This document shows positions 18,910 to 29,145 of a stretch of 64,000 nt of DNA, piece by piece. Origin of the DNA: Deltaproteobacteria bacterium CG11_big_fil_rev_8_21_14_0_20_47_16 (GTDB taxonomy: Bacteria > UBA10199 > GCA-002796325 > 1-14-0-20-47-16). Where the stretch lies: assembly GCA_002796325.1 (NCBI GenBank), contig PCXA01000001.1, positions 260,838 through 324,837 of the forward strand, written 5' to 3'. The position numbers were made by a program, and so were the translations under genes. Positions within the stretch are counted from its first letter, which is position 1. Each line of letters begins with the position of its first letter. The notes under the pieces are model-generated. The model ran no database searches and was not told the DNA's origin. It saw only the letters and a program-made list of their open reading frames with translations.

Positions 18910-19611
18910 TTAGAGAGAAAAGCCTGCCTTTTGAGCATCATTATAGAACATCTGCACAGTCTCTAGAGAGAACTGTGTCAAATCTTTCCCGAATGAGCTG
19001 GTGGCCTTTAGTATGTCCTGAGTAATGGTAATGATATGACAGCCACACTCGTCAGCCTGTATACAGTTGAAAGCTTCGCGTGGGCTGGCCCAAAGTACTT
19101 CACATTTTGGATTTACTTTTGCGATAGCAACGGACTCTTTCATGATTGGCATTGGATCAACGCCGGCGTTAGCAATGCGGCCTCCAAAGATGGAAATAAT
19201 AGAAGGTGTGTCTTTGGCAAGCGCTTCTACAACATGCTTTACCTGTTCAACTGTAAATATTGCAGTTACGTTTAGTGAAATACCCTTGTTGGATAGTCTT
19301 TGAATAATGGGAGCGGTTGACTGACCTTTCGTGTTGGTAACAGGAATTTTGACGTTTACGTTATTTCCCCATGTGGCGATCTTTTCAGCTTGGACTTCCA
19401 TCTCATTTAAATCATCTGAGAAAACTTCGAAAGAGATGGGGAGGTCTGAAATAGTTGCCAATACTTTCTTTGCAAACTCTTCATAGTTTGAAATGCCAGC
19501 TGCCCGCATTAAAGTTGGGTTTGTGGTGAAGCCTTTGACTTTGGGGTTGTTTTTGTAGCAATCAACCATTTGTTCATAGTTGGCACCATCTAAGAAATAT
19601 TTAACTGACAT
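18910..19611 (-). CDS. transaldolase/fructose-6-phosphate aldolase family protein (divergent)
   Basis: GFTTNPTLM motif and TIM-barrel length. Heads the sugar-oxidoreductase cluster. Confidence 0.7.
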   Translation of the reverse strand: MSVKYFLDGANYEQMVDCYKNNPKVKGFTTNPTLMRAAGISNYEEFAKKVLATISDLPISFEVFSDDLNEMEVQAEKIATWGNNVNVKIPVTNTKGQSTAPIIQRLSNKGISLNVTAIFTVEQVKHVVEALAKDTPSIISIFGGRIANAGVDPMPIMKESVAIAKVNPKCEVLWASPREAFNCIQADECGCHIITITQDILKATSSFGKDLTQFSLETVQMFYNDAQKAGFSL

Positions 19612-20539
19612 ATGTCCTCCGCGAGTTATTTTGGATTAAATTCACTGTTTGCATGACCTGTAATGCATGGGTATTCCAAGTCAAATCATTATTTGAGCAA
19701 AGATGCTCAAATGCCGTCCATTCATTGGCCCAGGATAAGTCACCTTCAAAAAATTCGGATTTCATAAGGGGAATTCCAGATGGGCGTACTCTTTGGCCAA
19801 TGCGAACCTCTTGTTTGCCCCATTTTGGTAAATTATGGATTTCAATGGATCCTTCGCTACCTGAGATTTCCAGATCAAAGTGGTTTCTCCATCGAATTAG
19901 GCTGCAGTGGGCTTGTCCAATGATGTTTTTGTGCTGAAATGAGAACATACAGTTATCGTCTTTGGAAAATTCGGCCTTTTGCATATGGCCAGTAACGTTT
20001 TCTGGATTGCCTACAAACCAATGGATGAGATCAATGACATGCGTTCCCATATCTAAAAGCGCGCCAACACCATTTGTGTTTACTAGGGCACAGCCATTAA
20101 CATAGTTGCACTTAAAAAAGTATGGGTCCCCAATGGCACCTTGTTTGACTAGCTCTGCAGCACGGTTGAGACCGGCATCATGACGCAGGTTGAAGCCACA
20201 TTTCAGAACACGTTTCCGCTCTTGAGATAGTCGTATTAGCGGTTCAATTTCCTCAGTCGAGTGTCCGATGGGTTTTTCACAAAGTACGTGCTTGTTATTT
20301 TCTAAACAGGCTTGGATTAGTTCAGTATGATTGTGGGGAGGAGTCGCAATGATAACAGCGTCAATTGTAGGATGGTTAATAATGTAGCCGGCATCATCAG
20401 TGATTTCGGTTTTAAATTTCTGTGTCAGTTCAGTCCACGCATCGCGATTGCTCTCTGCAATAGCAACAAGTTGATCTGTGGATGTTAACGCGGCTGCACG
20501 CTTCTTGCCAATATTGCCGCAGCCAATGATGCCAACTCT
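19601..20539 (-). CDS. Gfo/Idh/MocA family oxidoreductase
   Basis: MRVGIIGCGNIGKKR Rossmann N-terminus, then EKP motif. Confidence 0.8.
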   Translation of the reverse strand, partial: RVGIIGCGNIGKKRAAALTSTDQLVAIAESNRDAWTELTQKFKTEITDDAGYIINHPTIDAVIIATPPHNHTELIQACLENNKHVLCEKPIGHSTEEIEPLIRLSQERKRVLKCGFNLRHDAGLNRAAELVKQGAIGDPYFFKCNYVNGCALVNTNGVGALLDMGTHVIDLIHWFVGNPENVTGHMQKAEFSKDDNCMFSFQHKNIIGQAHCSLIRWRNHFDLEISGSEGSIEIHNLPKWGKQEVRIGQRVRPSGIPLMKSEFFEGDLSWANEWTAFEHLCSNNDLTWNTHALQVMQTVNLIQNNSRRTYVS

Positions 20540-20544
20540 CATGA

Positions 20545-21396
20545 TTACCAATCCAGCTTTCTATCCTGAGGCATAATGCGACGCATCGTATATACATCTG
20601 TGTCTGCAAACTCTTTGGATAATTCATCAAAAGATTTCCACTTGTCCCACTTTGCACTGATTACGCGACCTGTGATGGCAGCAATGGATGGGGTTTTTGC
20701 CAAGAAGCTGAGTAGTCCAACAACTGAATCCATTGAGTCCCCACCCGCATCTTTACGCTTCATGAAAGATTCCCAAATTTCTTTTGAGACAACATCTTGT
20801 CCTGGGGCCATCATATCATCAAACATGCGTGTGTTGACTCCGCCGGGGGCGATTGCGCAGACCATGATGTTTTTATCTTTCAATTCCAATGAGAGGTTTT
20901 CGGTTAATCGTACAATGGCTGCTTTTGTAAGGCTATAAGCATCGAAATAGGGAGAGGGCAACAAGGCTCCACCGCCCGAAAAATTGATAATGCGGCCAGA
21001 ATTGTTTTTGATCATGTTAGGCAAAATGCTTTTGATTGGAAATAATGTGCCATTTACGTTGATTTGAAATGTCCTATTCCACTCCTTCGTATCAACAGTA
21101 TGTAATGGACCAATGGGGCCAATAATTGCTGCGGCGTTAACAAGGATATCTACCTTTCCATACCGTTCTAAGACGAGGTCTGCGGCTTTTTGTACAGCAG
21201 CCTCATCACTTACATCAACAGACTGAAAGTCAGCCTTACCACCAGCAGCGCGAATTGATTGAGCTGTTTCTTCCAACTCAGTTTGCGAGCGAGACCAGAG
21301 TACAGTAGTGAAACCTTGTTGGGCATAGGCTTCAGCAATTGCTCTTCCAATGCCGCGCCCTCCGCCTGTAATAACAGCAACCTGAGTATTAGACAT
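20545..21396 (-). CDS. SDR family oxidoreductase
   Basis: VAVITGGGRGIGRAIA cofactor motif. Confidence 0.8.
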   Translation of the reverse strand: MSNTQVAVITGGGRGIGRAIAEAYAQQGFTTVLWSRSQTELEETAQSIRAAGGKADFQSVDVSDEAAVQKAADLVLERYGKVDILVNAAAIIGPIGPLHTVDTKEWNRTFQINVNGTLFPIKSILPNMIKNNSGRIINFSGGGALLPSPYFDAYSLTKAAIVRLTENLSLELKDKNIMVCAIAPGGVNTRMFDDMMAPGQDVVSKEIWESFMKRKDAGGDSMDSVVGLLSFLAKTPSIAAITGRVISAKWDKWKSFDELSKEFADTDVYTMRRIMPQDRKLDW

Positions 21397-22690
21397 GTTG
21401 TGGCACCCCCATACCGATGTATTTAACGGTATTGTCGCGTTGAATTGTTGTGCCCAGCATATGAACACCATCGATCAAAACTGGATCCTTCATGTTGTCG
21501 CGGAACGGTTTTGGATCATCTGTCTTAAATTCATCCCATTCAGTTAAGATGATTAGACCGTCCACATCTTTTAGTGCGTCAAATTTGTCATTGTAAACTT
21601 CAACGCCATTGAATGATTCTGGTAATTTGGCGACGGGATCGTAAACGCGAATATTGGCTTTTCCGATATAGTCACGAAACACTTTGAGACAATGGGAGTT
21701 GTGAAGGGAGTCGGTTCCCTTTTTATACGCCAATCCCCATAAACATATGGTTGGACGTTCCTTCTTAGAGAAAATGTGCTGATCCATGGCGGCTTTTAGC
21801 CACTGATAGCGCTGTTTGCTGTTGGTAATAATTGTGTCCAATAATTCCACTTTCATATCATTTTCGTTGGCAAGTTTTGTGAGGGACATAAGGTCGCGTT
21901 CTAGGTGGCCACCTGCAAATCCTAAGCCTGGACGCCAATATCCATATGGGCTGAAGCGTTTGTCGAGCTTCATGGCTGCAGTAATTTCTTGAATGTTAGC
22001 ACCCACTTTTTCGCAAAGATCAGAAATGGTATTCACAAAGGTGACCGATGTGGCCAAATAGATGTTGATTGCTGATTTTGCCAGCTCAGCACTTTCATAT
22101 GAACACATGGCTGCCGGACATTTGAATGGATCAATTAGCACGGACGTCATTCCGTTGCTAAGTGTGTCGCCGCTTTGTTTGGTTCCTACAATAATGCGAT
22201 CTGGGTGTAAAAAGTCGGGAACAGCCTGGCTGATGGTTAATGTTTCAACGCGGTAGATTAAATTAAATTTTAAGTCGGGACGTGCTTGATGAATGCGATT
22301 TTCGAGTTTTCGGGTGTATCCCACGGGCACCTGGCCCATGAAAATGATTTCAACTCCGGAGGATAGATGGGGAATGATGTTGTCCCAAAGAATTTCAATT
22401 TCAGTGAGATCAATACGTCCTTCTTCATCATATGGAACGTCGCGAGCAAAGAAAATATAGTTGCAACTAGCTAAATCTTCAGCATTTTTTGTAAAAGTTA
22501 GGCGTTCGCGAGCCCCCTGAAATTGTTCTTCTAGGCCGGGCTCAGGAATAAATACGTTACCTGCATTTAATAGGTCAACCGGGACAGGATCGCGATCATA
22601 TGCAACCACGTCAAATCCGAGTGAGGCATATCCTACACTCCAAATCACACCCAGGTGGGACAGTCCCACCACACCAATTGTAGTTTTCAT
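21389..22690 (-). CDS. nucleotide-sugar (UDP-glucose/GDP-mannose) dehydrogenase family protein
   Basis: N-terminal GLSHLG Rossmann and a central catalytic Cys region; 433 aa. Confidence 0.85.
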   Translation of the reverse strand: MKTTIGVVGLSHLGVIWSVGYASLGFDVVAYDRDPVPVDLLNAGNVFIPEPGLEEQFQGARERLTFTKNAEDLASCNYIFFARDVPYDEEGRIDLTEIEILWDNIIPHLSSGVEIIFMGQVPVGYTRKLENRIHQARPDLKFNLIYRVETLTISQAVPDFLHPDRIIVGTKQSGDTLSNGMTSVLIDPFKCPAAMCSYESAELAKSAINIYLATSVTFVNTISDLCEKVGANIQEITAAMKLDKRFSPYGYWRPGLGFAGGHLERDLMSLTKLANENDMKVELLDTIITNSKQRYQWLKAAMDQHIFSKKERPTICLWGLAYKKGTDSLHNSHCLKVFRDYIGKANIRVYDPVAKLPESFNGVEVYNDKFDALKDVDGLIILTEWDEFKTDDPKPFRDNMKDPVLIDGVHMLGTTIQRDNTVKYIGMGVPQHV

Positions 22691-22800
22691 AGGAGCTCCT
22701 TAAAAGTGAACGTGGGGTGGCACTAGTAGAGAATATGGAAGGCGTCAAGGACTGGGCCCTAGATTTTTGCGCGCCATCACGTGTTGGATGCTGCTTGGGT

Positions 22801-23244
22801 CTAAGTATCCTCGTTTATGAATTTACGATGGCTATAGAAGTTAACAGGTACGCGACTTGGGTCTTTATACCACAGGTATAGCAGTGTTGCGTTAATGGCA
22901 GAGACGGATGCCAACACGACTGCAATGGGATAAATTAGGAATGCCAAAATGTGGGATAGTGCTGCCAGGTTGGTTACTAGAAAGCCATAAATGGCTGCAA
23001 CGGCAACTTGTGTAAACTGTTGCTCAATACCTTCGCCACGTTTGGCTTGATGGTGCCAATGCCAGAGGCTGCAGAAGCGCATAAATAGGTAGCCTGCCCA
23101 GCTAATAATCAGAAAGATATGAGTGACAGTTGATAAGCCTATCCAACGATTCCAATAGAAGAAGGCAGCCAAGCTTAACCAGCCGACTAACTCACTGCTT
23201 CGGACGGTCCAACTCTGCGTGTTGAATGGGGTGGTGGGTTGCAT
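22801..23244 (-). CDS. hypothetical membrane protein (4 TM)
   Basis: Hydrophobicity pattern only. Confidence 0.45.
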   Translation of the reverse strand: MQPTTPFNTQSWTVRSSELVGWLSLAAFFYWNRWIGLSTVTHIFLIISWAGYLFMRFCSLWHWHHQAKRGEGIEQQFTQVAVAAIYGFLVTNLAALSHILAFLIYPIAVVLASVSAINATLLYLWYKDPSRVPVNFYSHRKFINEDT

Positions 23245-25129
23245 GGGTGATCTTGACTGGCTCCAATTGTTCTAAACGTTGAAGGTCCTCGTATGCGGTT
23301 TTAAGGGCCAGGTCAACCACTTCGCATGTGGATTCGCGCATTTTTTTGGGACGGTCGGGCTTGGTGAGTCGGTAGTCCACTTTTGTATTTTGGCAGCGGC
23401 TTACAATGGTTTGCAATTTTTGGATGCGGGCCTTTTCTTTTATAATTTGTGGTTTCAGATTAAAGTCGTGAGGTGGATCTGTTGCTTCAGTAGCATATTG
23501 AATTTCCAGTCGTGCAAGTGAAGCTTCCTTTGCTGTAGGAAGCGGGTCGGGCGCAAGTAGGTTCTGACCATCGCGATACGGGGTCGAACGATTATAAAAA
23601 GAGAGTATTGTAGGCATGACATCTACTGAACGTGCATAATTAATTTTTTGAGGCTTAATTCCTGGGCCATGCATCATGATGGGAATATGCATATCATCTT
23701 GCAATAACGTGCCATGCGTATTGGCTTTTTCGTGGCGGAACACCCAGTCGCGCTTAGCTACAATCACTATGTCGCCGATGCGTCCATCTGTAAATATCTG
23801 TCCAATCTGTACGATTGCATCACTATATGTCTTGTCGCTGGTGAGGGGGAGCCATTGCTGTGAAGTGAGTGGAATGTTCTTTGTAATGAGTGGCGCTAAT
23901 TTGGGATCTTCCATATAATGAATGGGATCCTTTCCCTTGAGCAGGTGATAACTGTACCAAAAGCGACCGCCACTCCATACTCGGACGACTTCGGATTCAC
24001 TGTCAGCATTGTAGACACGAACCTTGCTATTGCCGTCACGCACAAGGAGCAAGTCAGTTTCAGGCTGGCTGCGGAGATACTCAATCAAATCGACTTCGCC
24101 TTTTTTACGAACTGTTGGCACGTGATGTAAATCGTCAAGAGTGGGGCGTGATTTCCAACCATCTTTTCCTGCAACCGAAATGATGGCGGAGCTGACTCCT
24201 CGAGCATTAATAGACAATTTGTAAGGTGGGTGCATTTGGCGACTGCGAATGGCAATGCCGCGTTTGATTAGCCGTTCACGCAAAAAGCTACGATCTTTTA
24301 TGTCGTGATTCCCATGATCGCCTACCAACACTAGATATGTTTTGTCTGCAAGGCCACGTTTCTGTAGAAGTTCCCAAAAGTCACCAATAATACGGTCAAC
24401 TGTCTCGAATTGCTTGATGGTGCGTTGTGCAAAAGCACCCTCTTTGTGGGCAATTTCATCAACGGCTAAGAGGGCAGTGAGAGAGAGGTGTGGAATTTGG
24501 CTTATAGGTTTCTCGTATAATTTTTTGAGAGCCTTGTATGCTAAGATGTCCATATCCTCATAATTACCTAGAATAAAAGTGGCCCATGCCGCGCGCAGTG
24601 GCAGGCCTGGCTTCTGGATGGTTGCATCTCTGCGAAATGTGGAATACACCGATGCCGTTTTTAGGTCTGAGAGGTGATTAAATAACGACCCTTGGGCAAT
24701 GTCATAAGGATGGGTAGGGTCGTTCAATTGATACCAATTCAGAAGATCTGCATTGAGTATCTTGATTCCTTTAAGTGATAAATATTCAATCGACTCCTGA
24801 TCGGACCGAGAATAGCGGGCTAGGTAGGGTATGCCAGCATGTCCAGGATATAGGCCGGTCATAAAGCTTTGATAGGCGTTAGTGGAGGTCGTTGGAAATA
24901 CGGTTGTGGCTTGGACGACGTCCAAGCCTTGATCCATAAAAAGTGCTTTTATGTTCGGCAGTTTACCTTCATCGGCAAGTGTATGAATGAGGTCACCACG
25001 GGCGCCATCAATCAAAAACATGACGACATAAGGTGGGTCCTGCGTAGTGGGTAATTCAGCTGCTGCAAACGCAATTTTGTTATAAAAGGCGGCTAACCCA
25101 GCGATGAGGCAAAGCAAATAATAGCGCAT
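23192..25129 (-). CDS. alkaline-phosphatase-superfamily phosphodiesterase/nucleotide pyrophosphatase, secreted
   Basis: Signal peptide; FLIDGARGD...TTVFPTTSTNAYQSFMTGLYPGHAGIP and VLVGDHG motifs. Confidence 0.75.
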   Translation of the reverse strand: MRYYLLCLIAGLAAFYNKIAFAAAELPTTQDPPYVVMFLIDGARGDLIHTLADEGKLPNIKALFMDQGLDVVQATTVFPTTSTNAYQSFMTGLYPGHAGIPYLARYSRSDQESIEYLSLKGIKILNADLLNWYQLNDPTHPYDIAQGSLFNHLSDLKTASVYSTFRRDATIQKPGLPLRAAWATFILGNYEDMDILAYKALKKLYEKPISQIPHLSLTALLAVDEIAHKEGAFAQRTIKQFETVDRIIGDFWELLQKRGLADKTYLVLVGDHGNHDIKDRSFLRERLIKRGIAIRSRQMHPPYKLSINARGVSSAIISVAGKDGWKSRPTLDDLHHVPTVRKKGEVDLIEYLRSQPETDLLLVRDGNSKVRVYNADSESEVVRVWSGGRFWYSYHLLKGKDPIHYMEDPKLAPLITKNIPLTSQQWLPLTSDKTYSDAIVQIGQIFTDGRIGDIVIVAKRDWVFRHEKANTHGTLLQDDMHIPIMMHGPGIKPQKINYARSVDVMPTILSFYNRSTPYRDGQNLLAPDPLPTAKEASLARLEIQYATEATDPPHDFNLKPQIIKEKARIQKLQTIVSRCQNTKVDYRLTKPDRPKKMRESTCEVVDLALKTAYEDLQRLEQLEPVKITHATHHPIQHAELDRPKQ

Positions 25130-25233
25130 GGCCGTCGGCGACTAGCATGGGATTTGTATGGGCGCAATTTTTTCCTTGTCCTTTTAAGGGCCAAGTCCTA
25201 GTGCCCTATTATTAGGCAGAGGGTGATTATTTT

Positions 25234-26367
25234 ATGAGCTCCATTAATATTCAATTTGCAGAAACCACCACAACCTTGCCCCATTCCGCGGAGGCCCCCG
25301 TATTACGCCTTGCGGGTGGCGATGGGCATGTTGCGCAGGCCATTCGTCAGGTGACTAATGAATTTTTGCCGATCGTGAGTGAATCGCGCGCCATGCAAGA
25401 TGTGTTGCAGGCTCTGAAGGAAGAAGAAGGTCGAAGTGGCCCCGTTGTGTTTGTAGGAGAATCGGGTTCGGGTAAACAGTTTCTTGCACGCCATCTGCAT
25501 AGTCGTTGTTCTGGTGCTGCTGGTCCTTATCTTACAATCGATGCGCGGCGTATGGCAGTTGAAGCAATTGATCAAATTTTGTTGGGCTACTGGCACAAAC
25601 CACTTTTTGGTAAAGCGGAAGTCATCCCAGGAATGCTCGCAGAAGCTGCGGGTGGAACATTGGTGATTCGCGGTTTTGAAACAGTGCCGTGGCGTGTGCA
25701 AGAATTGTTGGTCCCGGTTGTGACGGATGGCCACTATCAGCCATTGAATGTTCAAGAGTCTTTACCAGTGCAATGTCGCATTGTTTTTGTGTTTGAATCG
25801 GCAGTATTTCCTCGTAGTAGCGAAAAAGTTTTGGCGCCACAGTTGTGGGAGGCATTGAAGGATCGCGTTGTGCAGGTTCCCACATTGCAAGCACGACGGG
25901 ATGACGTGTTGCCACTTGCTGAATATTTTTTGAATCGTCAGGCGCAAGAGTGGGGTCAACCCAGACGCGAACTGAGTACTGCTGCTCAGAAGGTCATTAA
26001 AAAATACCGATGGCCTGGTAATGTGAAAGAACTTCAGTGGGCTATGGCAACAGCGATGACATCGACGTCGCATGAAGTTTTGGATGTTCATCATTTTCCA
26101 CCACAGTTAGCCGCAGCAGGAGAGGTGCCATCACTCGACAATGTTGCTCTTGAGGATTTTGTAGAGCAAAAGCTGGCACAATTTCTGGAGCGTGTGGGGA
26201 GCTATGATGTGAGCGACTTGCATGATGCAATCGAAACGCAAATGGAGCGCCCACTATATAAATTGGTGCTGCAACACACCAATGGCAATCAAATCAAGGC
26301 AGCGCGTATTTTAGGAATTAATCGTAATACTCTTCGTACCAAACTTCGTAAGTATGGCCTCAAGTAA
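25234..26367 (+). CDS. sigma-54 activator-like AAA+ transcriptional regulator with Fis-type HTH (no receiver domain)
   Basis: Walker A GESGSGK, Walker B region, and C-terminal ILGINRNTLRTKLRKYGL. The GAFTGA position reads PLFGKA, a degenerate motif. Confidence 0.7.
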   Translation: MSSINIQFAETTTTLPHSAEAPVLRLAGGDGHVAQAIRQVTNEFLPIVSESRAMQDVLQALKEEEGRSGPVVFVGESGSGKQFLARHLHSRCSGAAGPYLTIDARRMAVEAIDQILLGYWHKPLFGKAEVIPGMLAEAAGGTLVIRGFETVPWRVQELLVPVVTDGHYQPLNVQESLPVQCRIVFVFESAVFPRSSEKVLAPQLWEALKDRVVQVPTLQARRDDVLPLAEYFLNRQAQEWGQPRRELSTAAQKVIKKYRWPGNVKELQWAMATAMTSTSHEVLDVHHFPPQLAAAGEVPSLDNVALEDFVEQKLAQFLERVGSYDVSDLHDAIETQMERPLYKLVLQHTNGNQIKAARILGINRNTLRTKLRKYGLK

Positions 26368-26986
26368 GTTATTCCCACAGGGATTATATGTTATTGTCGA
26401 CCCGCGGTTTTTGCCGCATGGCGTGGATTTGCTCGATTATGTGAGTGAGCTGGCCCATGCGCGTGCGCCCATTATTCAATTGCGTATGAAAGATGCATCT
26501 GCATCCCAAGTTTTGGAAGTCGCACGTCGAATGATCAAGATTCGTCGCAAACACAAGTTCTTCTTCGTTGTGAATGACTACCCCGAAATTGCCAAAGAAG
26601 TGGGTGCGGATGCGGTGCATGTGGGTAAGACAGATGCGGCAATTCGTGATGCGCGTGCTGTTGTGGGGCCCGATATGATGATTGGGTTTTCATCTCACTC
26701 ATTGTCAGAGGCGGTTGCGGCTGCTGAAAAGGGCGCGGATTACGTGGCTTTGGGGGCAATTTACCCAACTGCAACGAAAGGCCCTGGACATCCTGTGCAA
26801 GGCTTGGAAACGCTGCGCCAAGTGGTGGCGGCAGTTAGTAAACCCGTTGTGGCAATTGGTGGTATTAATCGCACGAATGCAGCAGATGTTAGGGCCTGTG
26901 GGCCAGCTGCAATTGCCATGATCACAGGGATTAGTCAGGCAGAGGACGTGGCGGCGGAGGTTCGGTGGTATCAGTCCTTACGATAG
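26354..26986 (+). CDS. thiE: thiamine-phosphate synthase
   Basis: LYVIVD...HVGKTD...ALGAIYPTATK motifs. Confidence 0.85.
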   Translation: MASSKLFPQGLYVIVDPRFLPHGVDLLDYVSELAHARAPIIQLRMKDASASQVLEVARRMIKIRRKHKFFFVVNDYPEIAKEVGADAVHVGKTDAAIRDARAVVGPDMMIGFSSHSLSEAVAAAEKGADYVALGAIYPTATKGPGHPVQGLETLRQVVAAVSKPVVAIGGINRTNAADVRACGPAAIAMITGISQAEDVAAEVRWYQSLR

Positions 26987-27687
26987 CGGGTTCTGACCCC
27001 AGTGGCTGTGCCGGGATCGAAGCCGATTTGGAAATGATTGCGCGTGCCGGTGTTGCGGCGCGCACAGCGATTACGGCGCTGACGGTGCAGGGTGTTACGT
27101 CAGGGCAAGCGGTGTATGCAACACCAAGAGATGTGCTGCGCGATATTTTGAAGCAGCATTCCCAAAATTTACCAAGCGTGGTGAAGATTGGTATGATTGC
27201 CACGCGCGATAATCTTGAAGTGATCTGTGATTTTTTAGAGCGCTATCCAAAATTGCCAGTGGTTTTAGACCCAGTGTTGCGTGCCACAAGTGGTCTTCAA
27301 TTATTGGAAATGTCTGCAATTCCCCTCTTAAAGGAACGGCTTCTGCCACGTGCAACAATAGTGACACCTAACCTGGACGAAGTTGAAATGTTGTTGGGCA
27401 AACGTCCGGCCACTGTTTCTGAAATGGAAACAGCTGCACGTGAATTGCAACGCGGTACGCAAGTGATGATGGTGAAGGGTGGGCACTTGCAAGGCGATCC
27501 CGTGGATGTCATTTGGGATGGCACGCAAATGAATCACTTATCATCACCACGCATTGGTACAACGTCGCCGCGCGGTACCGGGTGCCGACTGGCATCTGGT
27601 ATTGCCGCACAGATGGCGCTGGGAAAGTCCGCTATTCAAGCATGCGCTGAAGGGAAACAAATGCTGCTGCAATGGATTCGTTATTAA
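26965..27687 (+). CDS. thiD: hydroxymethylpyrimidine/phosphomethylpyrimidine kinase
   Basis: VLTIAGSDPSGCAGIEADL...KIGM motifs. Confidence 0.85.
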   Translation: MVSVLTIAGSDPSGCAGIEADLEMIARAGVAARTAITALTVQGVTSGQAVYATPRDVLRDILKQHSQNLPSVVKIGMIATRDNLEVICDFLERYPKLPVVLDPVLRATSGLQLLEMSAIPLLKERLLPRATIVTPNLDEVEMLLGKRPATVSEMETAARELQRGTQVMMVKGGHLQGDPVDVIWDGTQMNHLSSPRIGTTSPRGTGCRLASGIAAQMALGKSAIQACAEGKQMLLQWIRY

Positions 27688-28880
27688 CCTGGTGGTAAGA
27701 GTGGGTGTAGTTGTATCAATCTATTAAGTAAGTGTTTTTCTCGTGGATGAACCGTCAGTGAGTTAAGATTTTCAGGATCAATGTCAAACCGTGATCGATG
27801 GACTTCACCCCGTTTATAGTAAATAAGTGTCCTTATATAAATAGTTGAGACGCTTGTTCGAGCCACTAGATCAAACAGCTGCTTGTCACTTTCTGAACAG
27901 TCAAGGCACTTAATAATGCGGAATGCTTCATCGAATTGACCCCAGTGAAATGCATCAACGCTGCGTTGTAGTGTTTGGCTAGTAAACGAATCGAGACCAA
28001 TATCAACATTTTCTGGAAGTGGTGCATTCTCCATCCATTGTGCCAATTTTCTTCGACGCTCGCTGTCAGTATTTCCCGCAGCCAGAATATCATTCGATGA
28101 TGGGAATGAAGTATATTGAGGTCTTGGTGGAAGGCATTGGTAAGGGTTGCCGGTAGATAGTCGATATTGAATACGTTTACCCCTTAGTGCAATGGCTGCA
28201 TACTTGCGACTTTGTTTGAGTTCCAAGTCGGGTAGATCGTCAGTGATCTCTGGATTATCCGGGATTGCTGCATTGGCAAGATAGGTAATTTTGTGAGAAC
28301 CTGCTTTTCTAAAGAGCTCAGATGCAGATTTCCAGTAATAGCGAATTTGAGAGTTACAAATGCCGTAAAGACTGCTTGTGACATCAGTTTGTAGTTGAGG
28401 GTCTGATTGAAGAAGTGCAGCGCCAATTAACCCATTTTTTTCTACTGACGCGAGGCCATAGAATAGGAAATTAAGATCGTTGGTCATGTGATGTTGTTTA
28501 TAGAATTCTGCAATTGCAACATGGTGGCGAGTATCCAAAAAGAGTAATAGGCCGTTGGCAATTGGGGGCGGAAGGTATGAAAAGTGTGTGACCCATTCGG
28601 ATTGGCTGTTGCCGTTATCAATTCCCACGCGAAATAAAAGAGCGGCAGCGTTACGTGCAGAATTTGTTGTAGTGATGCGCTGGCCCGCGGTAGGTTTCTG
28701 TCCATTCGGATAACCTTGGAGTAGAGCAATTAATATATGATGTGAGATTTCATTGTTGGATAATATGCCGTCGTGACTTTTATCTAATAGTTGGATTTGA
28801 AGCCATGTTTCACCATCAGCACGTTGCTGATTGGCTTCCTTTTGGAGTGATTTTAGTGAAATTGGCGACATAGTCTCCAT
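27684..28880 (-). CDS. hypothetical protein, paralogue of 30963-31919
   Basis: Shares blocks LLFRVGIDNG/LLWRVSLNDP, FLFYGL/VIYGIP and IRYYWKSASELF/VRQYWCKAEF with the paralogue. No recognisable domain. Confidence 0.6.
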   Translation of the reverse strand: METMSPISLKSLQKEANQQRADGETWLQIQLLDKSHDGILSNNEISHHILIALLQGYPNGQKPTAGQRITTTNSARNAAALLFRVGIDNGNSQSEWVTHFSYLPPPIANGLLLFLDTRHHVAIAEFYKQHHMTNDLNFLFYGLASVEKNGLIGAALLQSDPQLQTDVTSSLYGICNSQIRYYWKSASELFRKAGSHKITYLANAAIPDNPEITDDLPDLELKQSRKYAAIALRGKRIQYRLSTGNPYQCLPPRPQYTSFPSSNDILAAGNTDSERRRKLAQWMENAPLPENVDIGLDSFTSQTLQRSVDAFHWGQFDEAFRIIKCLDCSESDKQLFDLVARTSVSTIYIRTLIYYKRGEVHRSRFDIDPENLNSLTVHPREKHLLNRLIQLHPLLPPG

Positions 28881-28897
28881 ACGCTATACTCATACTA

Positions 28898-28926
28898 TCA
28901 TCGGCAAATAACCAAAAAAGTTGCGG
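28898..28926 (-). promoter_or_regulatory. sigma-28-like motif GCAACTTTTTT-N-GCCGATGA
   Basis: Read in gene direction: cgccGCAACTTTTTTggttatttGCCGATGA, then 33 nt to the ATG at 28880. Confidence 0.5.
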
Positions 28927-29059
28927 CGATTGTAAGGTGAAGTGTTCTCATTTTGATAGAGCCGGTATGTTTTGACGCCAAAATTTGCCATATTCATTAA
29001 ATTTAACCAAATAGGGAATCCAATATTCATATAAATCAAGTGGTTATCGCCAAGTTGCC

Positions 29060-29075
29060 TGGTATGAATTTTGCT
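29060..29075 (+). promoter_or_regulatory. sigma-54-type -24/-12 element TGGTAT-N5-TTGCT
   Basis: GG-N10-GC spacing matching the TGGCAC-N5-TTGCA consensus, about 70 nt upstream of the secreted-protein gene. Confidence 0.4.
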
Positions 29076-29145
29076 CGTTTAAAGTCCATTCAGGTCGGGC
29101 ATGTATCCGTACCGGAACCATTGATAAGGAGTGCTTATGACGAAG

